Assembly: GCA_030704615.1 (NCBI GenBank)
Contig: CM060732.1
Coordinates: 73,098,001 to 73,162,000 of the forward strand
Length of the DNA stretch: 64,000 nucleotides
Source: Takakia lepidozioides
Lineage: Eukaryota; Plantae; Bryophyta
Direction: 5' to 3'
Both the position numbers and the translations under genes were made by a program. The notes below the pieces were generated by a model. That model did not search any database, was not told where the DNA came from, and saw only the letters and a list, made by a program, of their open reading frames with translations. Shown here piece by piece: positions 1 through 12,430 of this stretch (position 1 is the first letter of the stretch; each line of letters starts with the position of its first letter).

Positions 1-9
1 GCATGGATA

Positions 10-300
10 GGATGTGGCCCATGAGAGCCAGACAAAAGCTTTTGTCCCAGTCACCCTCTGCTGACTTTGCCAACACAGCCAACCCTGTCTTGAGTGCTTC
101 AGTCAGCCATTCCATCAACACATGGTAATGGGAACATCCCTCTCATGCCTGATTTCATATTGTTCACACATCTTGTCAAACTCATCACTCCATTCTGCCC
201 TTTCGCATGAAACTATAACTCCAGGGCACCCATGTTGCACCAAGAGCTCTCCTTCCAGAAACTGAGACGTGAGGGAAGACGTCGGGTCTGCCATTGGGCT
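10..300 (-). pseudogene. Retrotransposon integrase fragment (rve core, degenerate)
   Basis: Minus-strand EWSDEFDKMCEQYEIRH..., then NG..EALKT...WD..LAL, the layout of the C-terminal half of an LTR integrase core. Disrupted. Confidence 0.45.
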
Positions 301-829
301 GACTCCCACCTCTCCAGATTGATGGTGAATGGACAACAAGGCATACTTGTTGCCTAGTTTTGTTTTCATAAGAGTACCTGCAATTCCAACATACACAAGA
401 TATGTTAATTCTTTAAAAGAAGCATAAACAGGCTAGCTGGACTCTTGATGATCCAAGGTTCCCAGACTTGTACTCTGGCCTTCTGGCAGCGTCATAGGAT
501 TGGGCCTCATGTTAGGATAGTATCCTTTCTCTTTGTTGTAGTGCAAGCAAGTGTTTTTCTTTGAGTTGAGCCTTCCAACATTGTTGAACTTGTGCCTTCC
601 ACCATTGTTGCATTGACCATGCCTCAGACTGTTTGATGTTGTGGCAATCATATGTACCTGTGATCCAGCCACCAAAGCACTCTTATCTGTCCTCTCATGT
701 TCACCCATACCAGCAACAACAGAATCATGCACCACCCCACCCTTTGGGTGATGCCCATCCGTTCCTTTCGAAGTTGCACCACTGATTGAGCCCGCTGGCT
801 CCTTGCGCATGGATCTGATCCACTCTCCA

Positions 830-1420
830 GATCCTCCCTCATGACCAGGCTGAGCATTTCCTACAATCATCGCATTCAATGACACCACATCTCGTTCAGC
901 CCTACAATCACACACTCCCTTTGCATCTCTGATGCTCTCACATTCGGCGTACCTGTCCATGAGGGTGTTGTTCAGATTGGTACTTGGAAAAATTCCAGCC
1001 CCCATGATATCAGCATGGACCTCTTTGCCCCTTCCCAAGGCTGCCCCCCTTGCACATGTATTGTAAACATAAAGGGGCGACACCTGATTGGGCTTCATTG
1101 CCACCCACATCATCTGCTCACAGGTTTCCAGAGCCCCAATCCACACATATGCTGGACATATCCTGTGATCATCACACTCCATGAGACCGCTTCTTGGCTG
1201 AACACCCTGTCAAACACTTGTTGTGCATTTTCCAGACTCCCACACTTGCAATACATATAGACAAGGGTTGTTCCCCCATGCCTCAAATCCAGCTTTGATT
1301 ATGCCTTGGTGGACCTGCCTGCCCTGTTCCAGGTCTACTGGGCTAGCGCATGCATCTGCAGGTATGCTCAGGAAGGTGATCTTGCTTGGCTTTGCACCTT
1401 CTTGTTGCATTTGCTGACCT
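830..1420 (-). pseudogene. PLS-class pentatricopeptide repeat (PPR) gene fragment
   Basis: QMQQEGAKPSKITFLSI..ACASPVDLEQGRQVH and GKEVHADI...NTLMDRYAECESIRDAKGV..RDVVSLNAMI are typical P/L/S repeats. Frameshifted. Confidence 0.8.
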
Positions 1421-2499
1421 GACCCCCAAATCTGTGATAATTCTATAGTGACATGAGGCACCCACTCTTCTTCTCTTCTCTCACACCAGTAAAGAGTGGC
1501 TTGAGTTGCCCCGGTTTGACCAATAGTGATTTGAACATAGCTAGTACCTCCACCTTCTTTGGCCATTTCAGCCTTTGCATTCCAGCGGGCTGCAATAAAT
1601 GGTCTTGAGCAAGTCCCGTTCCCTTTGCTGCAGGCCCTCTTGACTCAAATTTGCTGCTCTCAACAGTAGGCCGTTCCCCTTTCAATTGCATTGTTGGTGA
1701 CAAACTGTGGCACACCCTCTGGTCACCATGCCTTCTTGCTCCCTTACTCAGTTTAGTGCTCTCATTAATCTTCAAAAGTGTTAAGTTGGTTTCTCACTGT
1801 TCCCTCACTCTCTCCCTTGGCAGGATGCCTGTCCAATTCGTCGTCTATGCAACTCTGGCTGACTCCTAGTTGACGTTCTTTCTTGTTTTCGACATGGAAT
1901 GGCACATCCTCCGATCCCAAAGAAGGTACTTCAATCACTTCTGTCAGCAAATTCCTCCTCACTTTCTCTCCCCTCTTCATTAGGTTGATCAATTTCAAAA
2001 CTGAAGACTTGGGTTAGATCTGTGCCTTCCACCTGTCCTTGCTTCATCCAACCTAATTGCATGTTCGGTTCAGGTAATCTGTACAAGTAGGGAGGCATCA
2101 TACATGTCCCACAAAAATCTTATAAAAGCAAAAGTAGGTACATTGATCTCAAATTGAGGAGGAAGCCTATTGAGGAGTTGAACCTCAAATTCCCTTGCGG
2201 GAATTGCTGCCCAATGCAGCCAATAGACTGTCTGCAGCCCACAGAATTAGTACTTCACACAGGTATGATAACACTTAGAATTGGCAGACATGTACATTTT
2301 ATGACAGTAGTACACAGAAAGAGTCCACTATGTTCAGTCATACTGTCTCATAAATATTGCAGTCATCATTAGCAATACTTAACTGCTTGATAATGGCAAG
2401 AACGGATTGCACGACCAAAATGCTATGATGACCAGAAGGCTCATAATGTCGAACTATGATGTTGAACCTATATGGATAAAGGGAGTTCAGGATCACATC

Positions 2500-5400
2500 C
2501 TAAAATCCATCATCAGGACCATCCAATTGTTCTATCGAACTCCTAATTTGTGACAGGGTGTCACCACCAAGCTCATACACTACTCTGTTCCCTTTCACCC
2601 TATGCAACCCTGGGGGCATTTGAAACATTGCAGCCCTGATGAGATGAGAGAACACATAGGCATGAGGCTTATCCTCTAGCAGAATGTAATATATCTGCCC
2701 ATTCCCACTCGGCTCATACCACCTCCCTCGGACAACATGTTCACCTGCATGCCACTTGCAACCCCAATGGTCCTCAAAGCCCGCTTGCACAATGTGCAAG
2801 GGCATGTCACACTGGATAATGTAGAAGTCGACTCCCCAAACATTATCAGGTTCAACATTCATGACAAAGTTATCCCCAACCTGAACAATGGCTGCAAGGG
2901 ATTGGCCATCCCCACCAAACTCAGCCTCATCATCCGAAGCTTCAAGGATAGTCTGGCGCACACTTACAAGGTCTGTTGGTTAAAGCTTCACAGGTTTCCA
3001 AGGATTGACATGTGAGGCATTCTGACATTTCAGGAAATGTCCATCCAAACATGAAGCACAAAAGCAAGACAAGTCTCTTGTCTTTATGTTAGTAGGATTG
3101 ATGAGGTCACTTGCATAAACACTATGCATGCTCTGACTTCCCTTGACAGTGCTGCAGTCCCACCGCTTTCCCCACTCAACATCATCGCGACCAACATCCC
3201 AAAAAACCCTGCGAACTTCCGACCTTGCCTTTGAGTAGGAAGAGGGAGGCCTACCTCCTCCCAACCTCATCCTTAGGAATGTAACAGCATCGGTAGCATT
3301 CTGAAGTTTCACACCATGTGGGACAAGCTGTTCGGCACGGAGCTGGCGCTTCACCATGGCACCAGCTCCATCATACTCTCCCTTTCCATGGCCAGACCCA
3401 AAAAAATTCCACATCATAGGTTTTCTGGTCATCACAGCGTATCTAGCGGCATAATACCAACACCTAGCTCCCTTGAACTGGGCTGCACAGCCATCAGACC
3501 ATACAATGTGTTGTCCCCACTCGACACCAATCTCAAGCAAGTGATTGTAGTGTAGATTGAAGCAGTGCTAGACAAAGAGGGTGTCATGGGTTCCATCATC
3601 GGACACGTAGTAGTGAATCTCTTTGATGAGGCGAGTGCTTGGTTCTTCAGGGTCTGCTAGGGGATTTTTTCCGGTACATGATGCGTACAAAGATGGCAAT
3701 CTGAAAACTGAACCAGTGTTGCGATCGCACCTCATTTTGATCCTGGAAAGAGTAGTTTTCAGCGAAGTCGACAATTGAAAGAATTAATCCATCTGGCAAG
3801 TTCTTCAGGCAATCCTTGAATTGCTGGTCCTGCCAACGGGCAGTGAAGTTGTGCTTGATGAAGCTCTTGAGCTTTGGCCTTAGGTATGCCAAAAGTTCAG
3901 ATGGGCTGGCTCTTTTCCAGAACAGTCTCAGTGCATACCGAGGCTCACCCTCCTTGGTCTTTCCTGAGAGCTCCTTCCCAAAACACCTCCACTCAACCAT
4001 GGTACCCTCCCTATCATCTAACTCCTTTGGACAGACCCTCAATTTCTGAACTCCACATAGGTCACACTCACCTCTCAAACACTTCTTTTTGTGCCACTCA
4101 TCTGAATCCCTCTTAGGGCAAACAACTGATTCCCACATGGAGGTCACACCTTGGAATTGGAAAGACAAGGCATTGCAACCTCCTTGTGAGCGATGGCACA
4201 CAGCCTTGCAAACACATGCACAAGTCGTATCGTGCACACCTTTGGTCGTGGTTCTCATGTTGTTGTAGCCGACCTTAAGCTCGTCCATTTCAACGTGAGC
4301 CTTGCAACAACATACATTTCTGTCCTTCAATCTTTTCACAAAGTAGGGTCTCAATCTCTCAAACACCTGCTGCCTGATCTTCACTGTAGGGTTTTTCTGC
4401 TGAAATCGCAAAAAGAACTTAGTCTGCCAACCAACAGCTGCACCATGTCAGAAAACCCACAAAAAAGGCCAGGTACAAATTGTAAGCGCAACAACATTGC
4501 CAGTATAGCACAGACCAATGGGGAAACCGTACTGACAAGACTGTAAGGACATTCAAGATGGATGTTGTGAAGGGAAATGTTTGCTCTGTAGGGCAAAATA
4601 CAAAAACATGACAAGTCTCCTCCAACACACAGAGACAACAATGAAAATAAAGAAATGGTTAAGCCAACATCAGGGGTTGCATGATGCTCTGCGTGACCTC
4701 TCAAAAGCAACCTCTCAGACTGAAATGAAGACAAAGTACGATGGTAGGGATGTTGACAGTAGTGAGTCTAGTAAAGAGTACGGATCTGATGGAATGACAA
4801 ATGTCCTTGACTAGGATCAATGAGACAATGAAAGCATCTAAAGGACTTAAAGAGAAGGACATGCCAGAAGGGTATGTTAAGCACTAAGAAAATGACTATG
4901 AAGTGACCTTAGGATGCATTGTTGAAAGGAAGGTATTGTGTTGCAGGACAAGGACACAATTAAGTATATGGATTGGAAGGATAATAGTAGACCAATGACT
5001 ATGCTTGCAGGACCTCAACATCTCAGGAACTACAGGACTCATGAATTACTAAATAAGTAAAGGATATGACAATTGAATGACTCAACAAACAAAGGACTAA
5101 ACAAATCAAAAGCATACGTGAAAGGGCTCAGCAGTCAAAGGACCAAAGTATGGCAAAAGGATTGTCAAACATTAATGAAACATGGAAATTGACATCACTA
5201 TCTAGAATGACTTGAATACTTCAAGGACTATAACATGCACGAAAGGATAAATCAATGTGCAAGTCATGCATTTAGATTGGACAACCAAACATCCACTGTC
5301 AGTTTAGCACCACTACATCCACTCCTGCTCCAAAACCAGTACATTGCAACTCTTCCACTAATAAACTGAGCACAAAGGAGGTTAAGGCAAGATAGAGGCA

Positions 5401-6670
5401 GCGAGTAGGTTGTGGACATACCTCTTCATATCCTCAAAAGGATCTATAACACACTTTCAATGTTAAGTTTGATTACATAAACAGCCTCATGAGGATTCAT
5501 ATCGCTGCTTCATACAAGATACCATACATATTAACAATATATGTGACTAATCTAACAGTATAGTAGATGGACTCATGGCAATGACAATTGCAAAAAAGAG
5601 GGTGGGGCATCATAGCAATAGGGCCTAGGAATCCATGCAATTCAATACAAAGTGATTGAACTATGACTAAGGTATAGTCCATGCACTCTCACTGTCATGT
5701 CCTGTATATCGACACAAATGTAGTAAATGAGCAGAGAATATTACCAAAGAAAACAGTGAATCATATTTGAAAGGCCTCTTAACAGATTTCAGTCATGAGA
5801 TGCAGCACTTCAGTCTCATTTTCTCTTCTGTGAAAACCAGAACTGAAAAAGTGATGATGTATATAACGTCAGGATGAGCCACAATACCTGAGTCTCCATA
5901 AGCCAGTGAGTGGCATGAGTTGTATAAACTTTGGGGCCAATGCGTTGTCGTGTTACATCTTTCTTGTTTGGAGATACGCGGGTCTCAACTGTCCACCAAT
6001 CCACCACAATGTTTTGAATTTCAGAACTAATACTGTCACATCATTGAGCCCTGCGTGCATCTGCCCACAATGCCGAACCATACTCGTCGATGATTCGACG
6101 TCTGGACATAGCTTTTCCCACGTTTCGGGGATGCACGCCTAATATTTTTGCAGCAGCAGATTTGCACCGAATGTTGACACCAGCAACCATAGCAAGCACG
6201 CTATTACGGGCTGCTAGGTTATCCTTCCGACTGACATTCTTAACATGTTGCATTGCAACATTCAGGTTAGTCATTAAAGCTTTGTTCATATCCGCTTCCT
6301 TACGGTTTCTGACATCATCTGGCAATACTTGTTTAAACTTAGGATGACACAAGGCTCTAGCAACCACGCGCCTCGCACAACCCTCATCACGCACCCGCTC
6401 AAATTGATCTAGACTTCTCACAATATTTGCAGCAAGCTTCCTTTCGTACCTCTCTGTGACTTTAGGGATTTGCAGACATGACTCCAGACTTGACACTACA
6501 TGACCTGTCTTTTTCTGTATCCTCCACTCCCTAATCCGCTGTGCATTCCTAGCTTTTCTTTGTTTTTCAACAGAGGCTGGGGCTGCTAAGTTCTCTATGG
6601 TGTTTTGGCCAAGGTAATTTGATCTTCCCCTACTATTCTTTTTGTTTGCCATTTTGCTATGCGGCAACAA
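2500..6670 (-). pseudogene. Sola-like (Sola2-type) DDD transposase, multi-exon, frameshifted
   Basis: Motifs in order: CCCKAH and further Cys clusters, VDFAENYSF, SQHW, SDDGTHD, WSDGCAAQFK, HGKGEYDGAG, SCFCASC. Upstream exons at about 6670-5890 end at METQ|GTATTG, followed by a ~1.5-kb intron. Termini not identified. Confidence 0.7.
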
Positions 6671-9600
6671 AAATCACCCTAAGTAAAAACCTGCAGATAG
6701 GGCTCTAACAAATGGAAACCTACAAATTCATGGGAATGTATACCCTCAACATGCAACCACACACATACTACACAAAACATGAGATTCGCCTAAACCCTAC
6801 AGTACACAGGCTCATATGATGACATTAGAGGAACTGAGGGCCTGCACAGCAAACAAAAATTGACCATATGTATTAGAAAATCTTTTGTAATCATGGCACT
6901 CAATGTGGGAGCAAAATGACAGGGTGCTACGTCAATAAACCTGTCAATTCTGGATAACCCTAAACACAGTGCAAACGATTCGGCAATGTCAAACATGTGA
7001 TTCCTCACTAATCATCCACCAACCACCAATGTAGATATAGGTGGTCAGTTGAGATGACGTCCGTTGCAAGCACAAAGTATAATCCATGAACGTCCCATCC
7101 ATCATCTTTGGGGTCATCTCAACTACCTTAACTCCCCAAGGATGAGTGCTGTGTAGAACTTTAAACACAATGAGGTCTCCCACAAGAGGCCTATCAATGC
7201 AATACCACGGAAGGGGTTCCCAATCAAAATGAGTAAATGGGACATGGATGGCACAAAGTAGGGGCTTGAACGAGGGGTGCTGACACTCAATTTACTAAAA
7301 GCTTGGGACAACTGTAGACCCTGACAGTCTCGGGTAGGGAATAGGTTACGCATAGAGATGGTGCAACGCAGATGGCTCTGTCGCAAGGAAAATCCACTAT
7401 AAGTGTTTGACTTAGCGAATCTGCCCACCGAACCGTAATTTTCTCCGTCTTAGGTTCCACTGCGTTCACTTCATGCAAGATCGCTCGCAGATTCCTGCAT
7501 GTAGGCAACACATTTTAGTTACACGAAGAAGGGAGTTGGGTCAATTCACATACCTCCCTCTGATAGATTGCAGGTGAAGACGAATAACAGATTCAGGGCT
7601 CAGACAAAATGACATGTATTGCATGTGGTTGCGATTATCCACATTGCGGTGGAGAAACACACCAACTATGTTACGAATAGAAGTATGCAAATGTCCATTC
7701 GCTAATGGAGTGCGCACCTCCTGACATTCTAGGTTGGACATTAAACAGTCATGACAACTGAGAACGTCTCCACCACTCTCGTGTAGGGATGGGTAGGTTA
7801 GAATACTTCACTTTTCGCTCGCTCAGTACGACCAATGTGGAGATGTTTCAAACACCACCTCTGGACTACGGCTGTATCTTGGCATGTCTCCAGGAGCTGA
7901 CAGTGAAGCCTCAAAATTAGCACTGAAGATTTCCAAAGTAGAAGTTACAATGCAGGGACTCTATGGAACCCTAAACGCCAACCACGTTGAATTCCTCCTT
8001 TCGCATGGGTAAACACCAGGCCCAGGTGAGAATGCAATCGAGACACCACACATCTGCTCGAGAGACAAACCATGGACAGCTGAGAGTGCTGGAGCCAAAA
8101 ATGCACCGGGGTGTGCAGATGCTTTCCAATGCAACAACTGTAAGCGAAACAACAACAACGTTCAAGTACTTCGTCGCGAAGAAAGGAGCGTGAGAATGCG
8201 CTCGAGACTTGAGCGGGTTTCACACACCATACAGGAGTCGTCACAGTAGAGAGAAATACATTATTGCAAAGATGCGCGTAGTACAGTTTCAAAATTGCAC
8301 ACTGTCTTTGTCGTGTAACAGTGGATTGCGAAAAAATTGCCGCTACCTCATGCAATGCGCCGAAATTTGGGCTGCGCGATGGAGACGTTTGTAGACGTGG
8401 CAGTACGCGATATGTCCATGATCCTACGTTATTATCAGATGGACACCTATTTCGAAAAACTAGCAAAATAAGCGCAAAATAATCCCATGACCCTAATGAT
8501 AGTCAAACATAGGGCTGTTGTCCTTGAAATAGTTCCTCAAATGAGACACCTGAACATGCTTTGACCCACTAGTACACACATATATAATAAATACGATAAT
8601 GATAATAGCAAATAAAATGCTAAAACTCTTAATATTAGAGTTTTATCTCTTGACTATATTTTAGACAATTAAAACTATAGCTCTTAGTTATGTCAGCTTG
8701 TCAGCTCTAGCCGAAGTGTTTTTTCATCAACAATAACATTAATTGATTGACTATGTTTTGATTTTTAGATTATTAATATTTTGATTTAAAAATAACATAA
8801 AGTGTAGATTTTTAAAGATCTCTTGTATTTTTACCTTAAGATTTAGAATGTTTAGACATATTGAACCATGAAAAAGAACGAACGAAAAAAAAACTCTTGA
8901 CATAAGCACGCATAATTTATAATGTTACTTCACCCTAAAATGCTGCTGCCTTTCATTTGGAACGTAAACATCTACTAATGGCCGTAATGAGGGCAATGTG
9001 GGAGGATTAAAAGTCGGTTGTTTCAATACCCATTTTTTTCTCAACAAAAGCTGAAGGAGCTGACGCTTAATCCAACGAAAACTATCTTCATGTCTACATT
9101 AAGTTCTTATATTTCCAATCTAAATGAACATTGTTCTCAGAAGTCGTCACCTTGAGAAGCATATGAGAGTTTTCAGCAAAGAGAGGAGGTAACCCCTGGG
9201 GAAGGCACAACAGGGGCTTAGTGATTTTTGACTGCGTAGTCTCCGCTTTAGAATAAAGAGGAGCCAATAAAAAATAAAAATAAAAAATTAATAAAGAAGT
9301 CTTCGTCGCCACGTTTCATAGGCCACGTCATCAAATGTATATTCTTGAAGTTGCCCAGATTTCCCTGAAAAAAACGAATTATGAAAATTTGTTTTTGTTA
9401 AATATACTCTAATATTACTTACTTTTGTTTCTTCACATATTTAATGTGAATGTTATAGCGCTTCCAAATATTATTTTGATTTCGTGATAAGTACATTTCA
9501 ATCTACTAATGTTTTACAATAGTACATATGATAATGATAATAGGTAGTGAAATGTCATTGGCCTGCATAATTGTGCAGGTTCCTCTGGGATAAGGCAATG

Positions 9601-10151
9601 TCCTCCTTGACGTTTTCGGTCCACTTTGGCCTCGCCCTAGTTCATTGTTTGCTGGATGATCCTTCACGGGGGATGCTATTCTGTGAACAAATCTTCGAGC
9701 AGAAAAATCCGTGAGCAGAAATCTGCTCACGCTTCAGGATCTACCCACCTATAACTGTGGGCGCCTATTCAACTTAGAAGACCTATTACTGCGCATAGTG
9801 GCCAGTATTACAAGTTCGGTTATGGATGCTGCTGGGATGAATGAGGGATGAATGGCGGATGAATGTCTGTATGATGAATGAAATAAATGTAATAATACAA
9901 AGTTGTTTTGTAGTAGTAGCTCCGAAATCCCCCGAGCTCCAAAATCCTTTAAACCATGCTAGTCTTGCTTGCAAATCAATTGTGAAAGTGCAGTGTATAT
10001 TGCCAACAATGAATCCACATTGCTTTGTGGATTGAGGAGGGGTTACTTGTCATTTTTCCAGGTATCCAAGATTGAGAAAAATGCTCACACCCAAATCTAA
10101 AGGCAGAGAGGTGAACTCGTGCTTTATAAATAAACATTTCAAAACACGTAT

Positions 10152-10360
10152 TGGGAATTAAGATGTCGTTGACGACACCTTATTCCCCAACACATGCACA
10201 CACACCGCCTTACCGCCAAGGCTTGTTCGCCATCATGGGGTTTTTGATTTTTCCATGAATTGTCATATGCCAACTCGTAGTGGGAATTAAGATGTCGATG
10301 ACGACACCTTAATCCCCAGCACCTGCACACACACCGCCTTACCGCCAAGGCTTGTTCGCC
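10152..10360. repeat. Direct repeat: two ~80-bp copies, 129 bp apart
   Basis: TGGGAATTAAGATGTCG...CACCGCCTTACCGCCAAGGCTTGTTCGCC at ~10152 and ~10281. Confidence 0.85.
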
Positions 10361-10396
10361 GTCAGATTTTTGTGGGTTAAATTTTTTTGGGGTAAT

Positions 10397-10620
10397 GACG
10401 AGGCAAGCCTCAAGAAAATGAAGATGAGGGAGGAGGCAGCAGCTATTAGAGCCCGTCAGGCTCGTAGATTTGTCTTGGATTCAGCTGAGGAAAGTGGGGG
10501 AGAAGATCATGCAGAAGATTCCAGGAGGTGAGGTGGACAGTCCCCCAAGAGGACGGGATTTTTGAGAGGCATAGTGGAACTGATGCATCACAGAGCTCGG
10601 AGGATGAGGGGGATGAGGAG
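10397..10620 (+). mobile_element. Fragment of a second copy of the MULE cargo-gene last exon
   Basis: Close match to 54940-55172 (GACGAGGCAAGCCTCAAGAAAATGAAGATGAGGGAGGAGGCAGCAGCTATTAGAGCCCGTC...). Confidence 0.9.
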
Positions 10621-10830
10621 GATGACACATAAACAAAATTGGAAAAGAATGTCATGGACTTACACCAAGCTGACTTTCAAGCGGCTGCGAGAACTGCTTG
10701 AGAGGGCTACTTTCCAGCTCCTCTGCTGACTTGTTGACAACATGGAGCCGCTTCATCATAGGTCCCTATATAACAAACCATTAAAATTTCTTCAGTGGCA
10801 TTACAACCTGAAATACACTAGTTACATAGC

Positions 10831-12306
10831 TCACTCAAGAGAAACCCACTGCTCATGCAATTCACAAGCAACCCAAGAATTCCAAATGTACTGGACCAGA
10901 CTTACATTACATTGTTGTACCTTCTGATGATTACACTGAGCAGAATTGTAGGGCTGTTGTCCAAAGAGAGGCTCAGACTTCAGAAACTGTGGAATACTAG
11001 GAGTCTTGCTTGCCCTCTCCAAGAACGGCCACAACACATCGAGTAGATAGCCATCTTTTGGCCCTGATGATCGCATTTTCCATGGCTCCGGATATATCCC
11101 ACTAAATGGAGGATTGTTTGATGCCTTTCTTGGTGTGTCATCAACAAGAAGAGTGTCTTCAGGACCCCATTCTGGCCACTTTGCCCACACTCTTGATAGG
11201 TTCTTCAAATATATGGGCTTTGCATCAGCCCCCCTAGCCAATGGGTCAGTAAGCTCTTCACAGTAAAGGGCATCCCACTGGAAAATAAGATTAGTGTGCC
11301 GTTTGAAAATAAAGTCCACCATCAGAATGAAGTTGCGAGCTTTGCAGCAAGACCACACTGCCACCTCAAAGTGTGCAAAACACTTTTGCAAAAAAGAAAT
11401 ACAGCTGGGTCTCAAAACTACCATTTTCATCCCACACAACTTCCCCACAAATCCTTTGGGAACAGTTGTTGGACCACTAGCAACATGAATGGATTCACAG
11501 AGCAATCCATTCACATCCAAAACTAGCAAGTGCTTGCGAGCTAGGGGAGACTGTAAACGCTCACCTGGCTTCAATATATCAGCCCTAGTGGGATGCACAA
11601 CCAATTGAAATGTCGTAGCAGCTGTCCCATCCTCCCCATGTGAATTCCCCAATGAATCATGCATACCTGAATCCGGTGTACCAGGCTTCTCAGACATATC
11701 ACAGGCATCATGATCAGTAGCTTCCTTTGTACCAGAGGCAGTTTGACTTGAAATTGTTGTCTCAGTGCCTGCCTTCCCTATGGCAAACTGCTTGGACAGA
11801 TGCAAACCATCATTGGTGATAGGGTTAGGGGAGAGTTGAGATTGATCGCCAGTTATGGTCTCAAACCACTCTGCCAATCTTTTTGATACAGTGACACCAG
11901 AACCATTCATGCCAGATGTCACTGAATTTGCATGTAGCAAGGAAGGGGATGCCCAAGCATGTAGGTAGTGAAACCCCACAATGGGATAGGAAATCAAGCC
12001 CTTTCGCTATATCTTCATCGTGTAGACAGTTTGGGTTAAAGTCAAAGGCTCTTACTAAGAGGTTGATACACAGCGATGTTTCTGTTTACAACTAAAATGC
12101 AATATCCATTCACATGAGTCCATCTACCCACTGATGCAAGTTCTTGTATGCACACTTTGATACAAGCATGCCAATGGTTTGTGAGGTCTCCCCACTAGGT
12201 AGGCTTTGGAATTTGCCATGTGGATTTGGCTCAGCCCCCACTTTTCAAGCTGGGTAAACATAAATGTGGGGCACCTGATGAGGCTGAGGGGATGAGGACC
12301 TGCTCA
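10831..12306 (-). pseudogene. 3' part of CACTA-A TnpA-like gene containing an FCP1/NIF HAD-like domain, displaced by inversion
   Basis: KHLLVLDVNGLLCE...LRPSCISFLQKCFAHFEVAVWS...YLKNLSRVW...TLLVDDTPRKA. Paralogous to 16100-16700. Confidence 0.8.
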
Positions 12307-12430
12307 TAGTAGGATGAGTACAATCAAAGCATTAAAAAGGTAGGTGCACGGCGTTTTTCTTAAGTTTGAATGATTTCATTTGAATGCTTTGATTGACTTT
12401 AATGTTTGAATGGGTTTTTATTCTGTGCAG

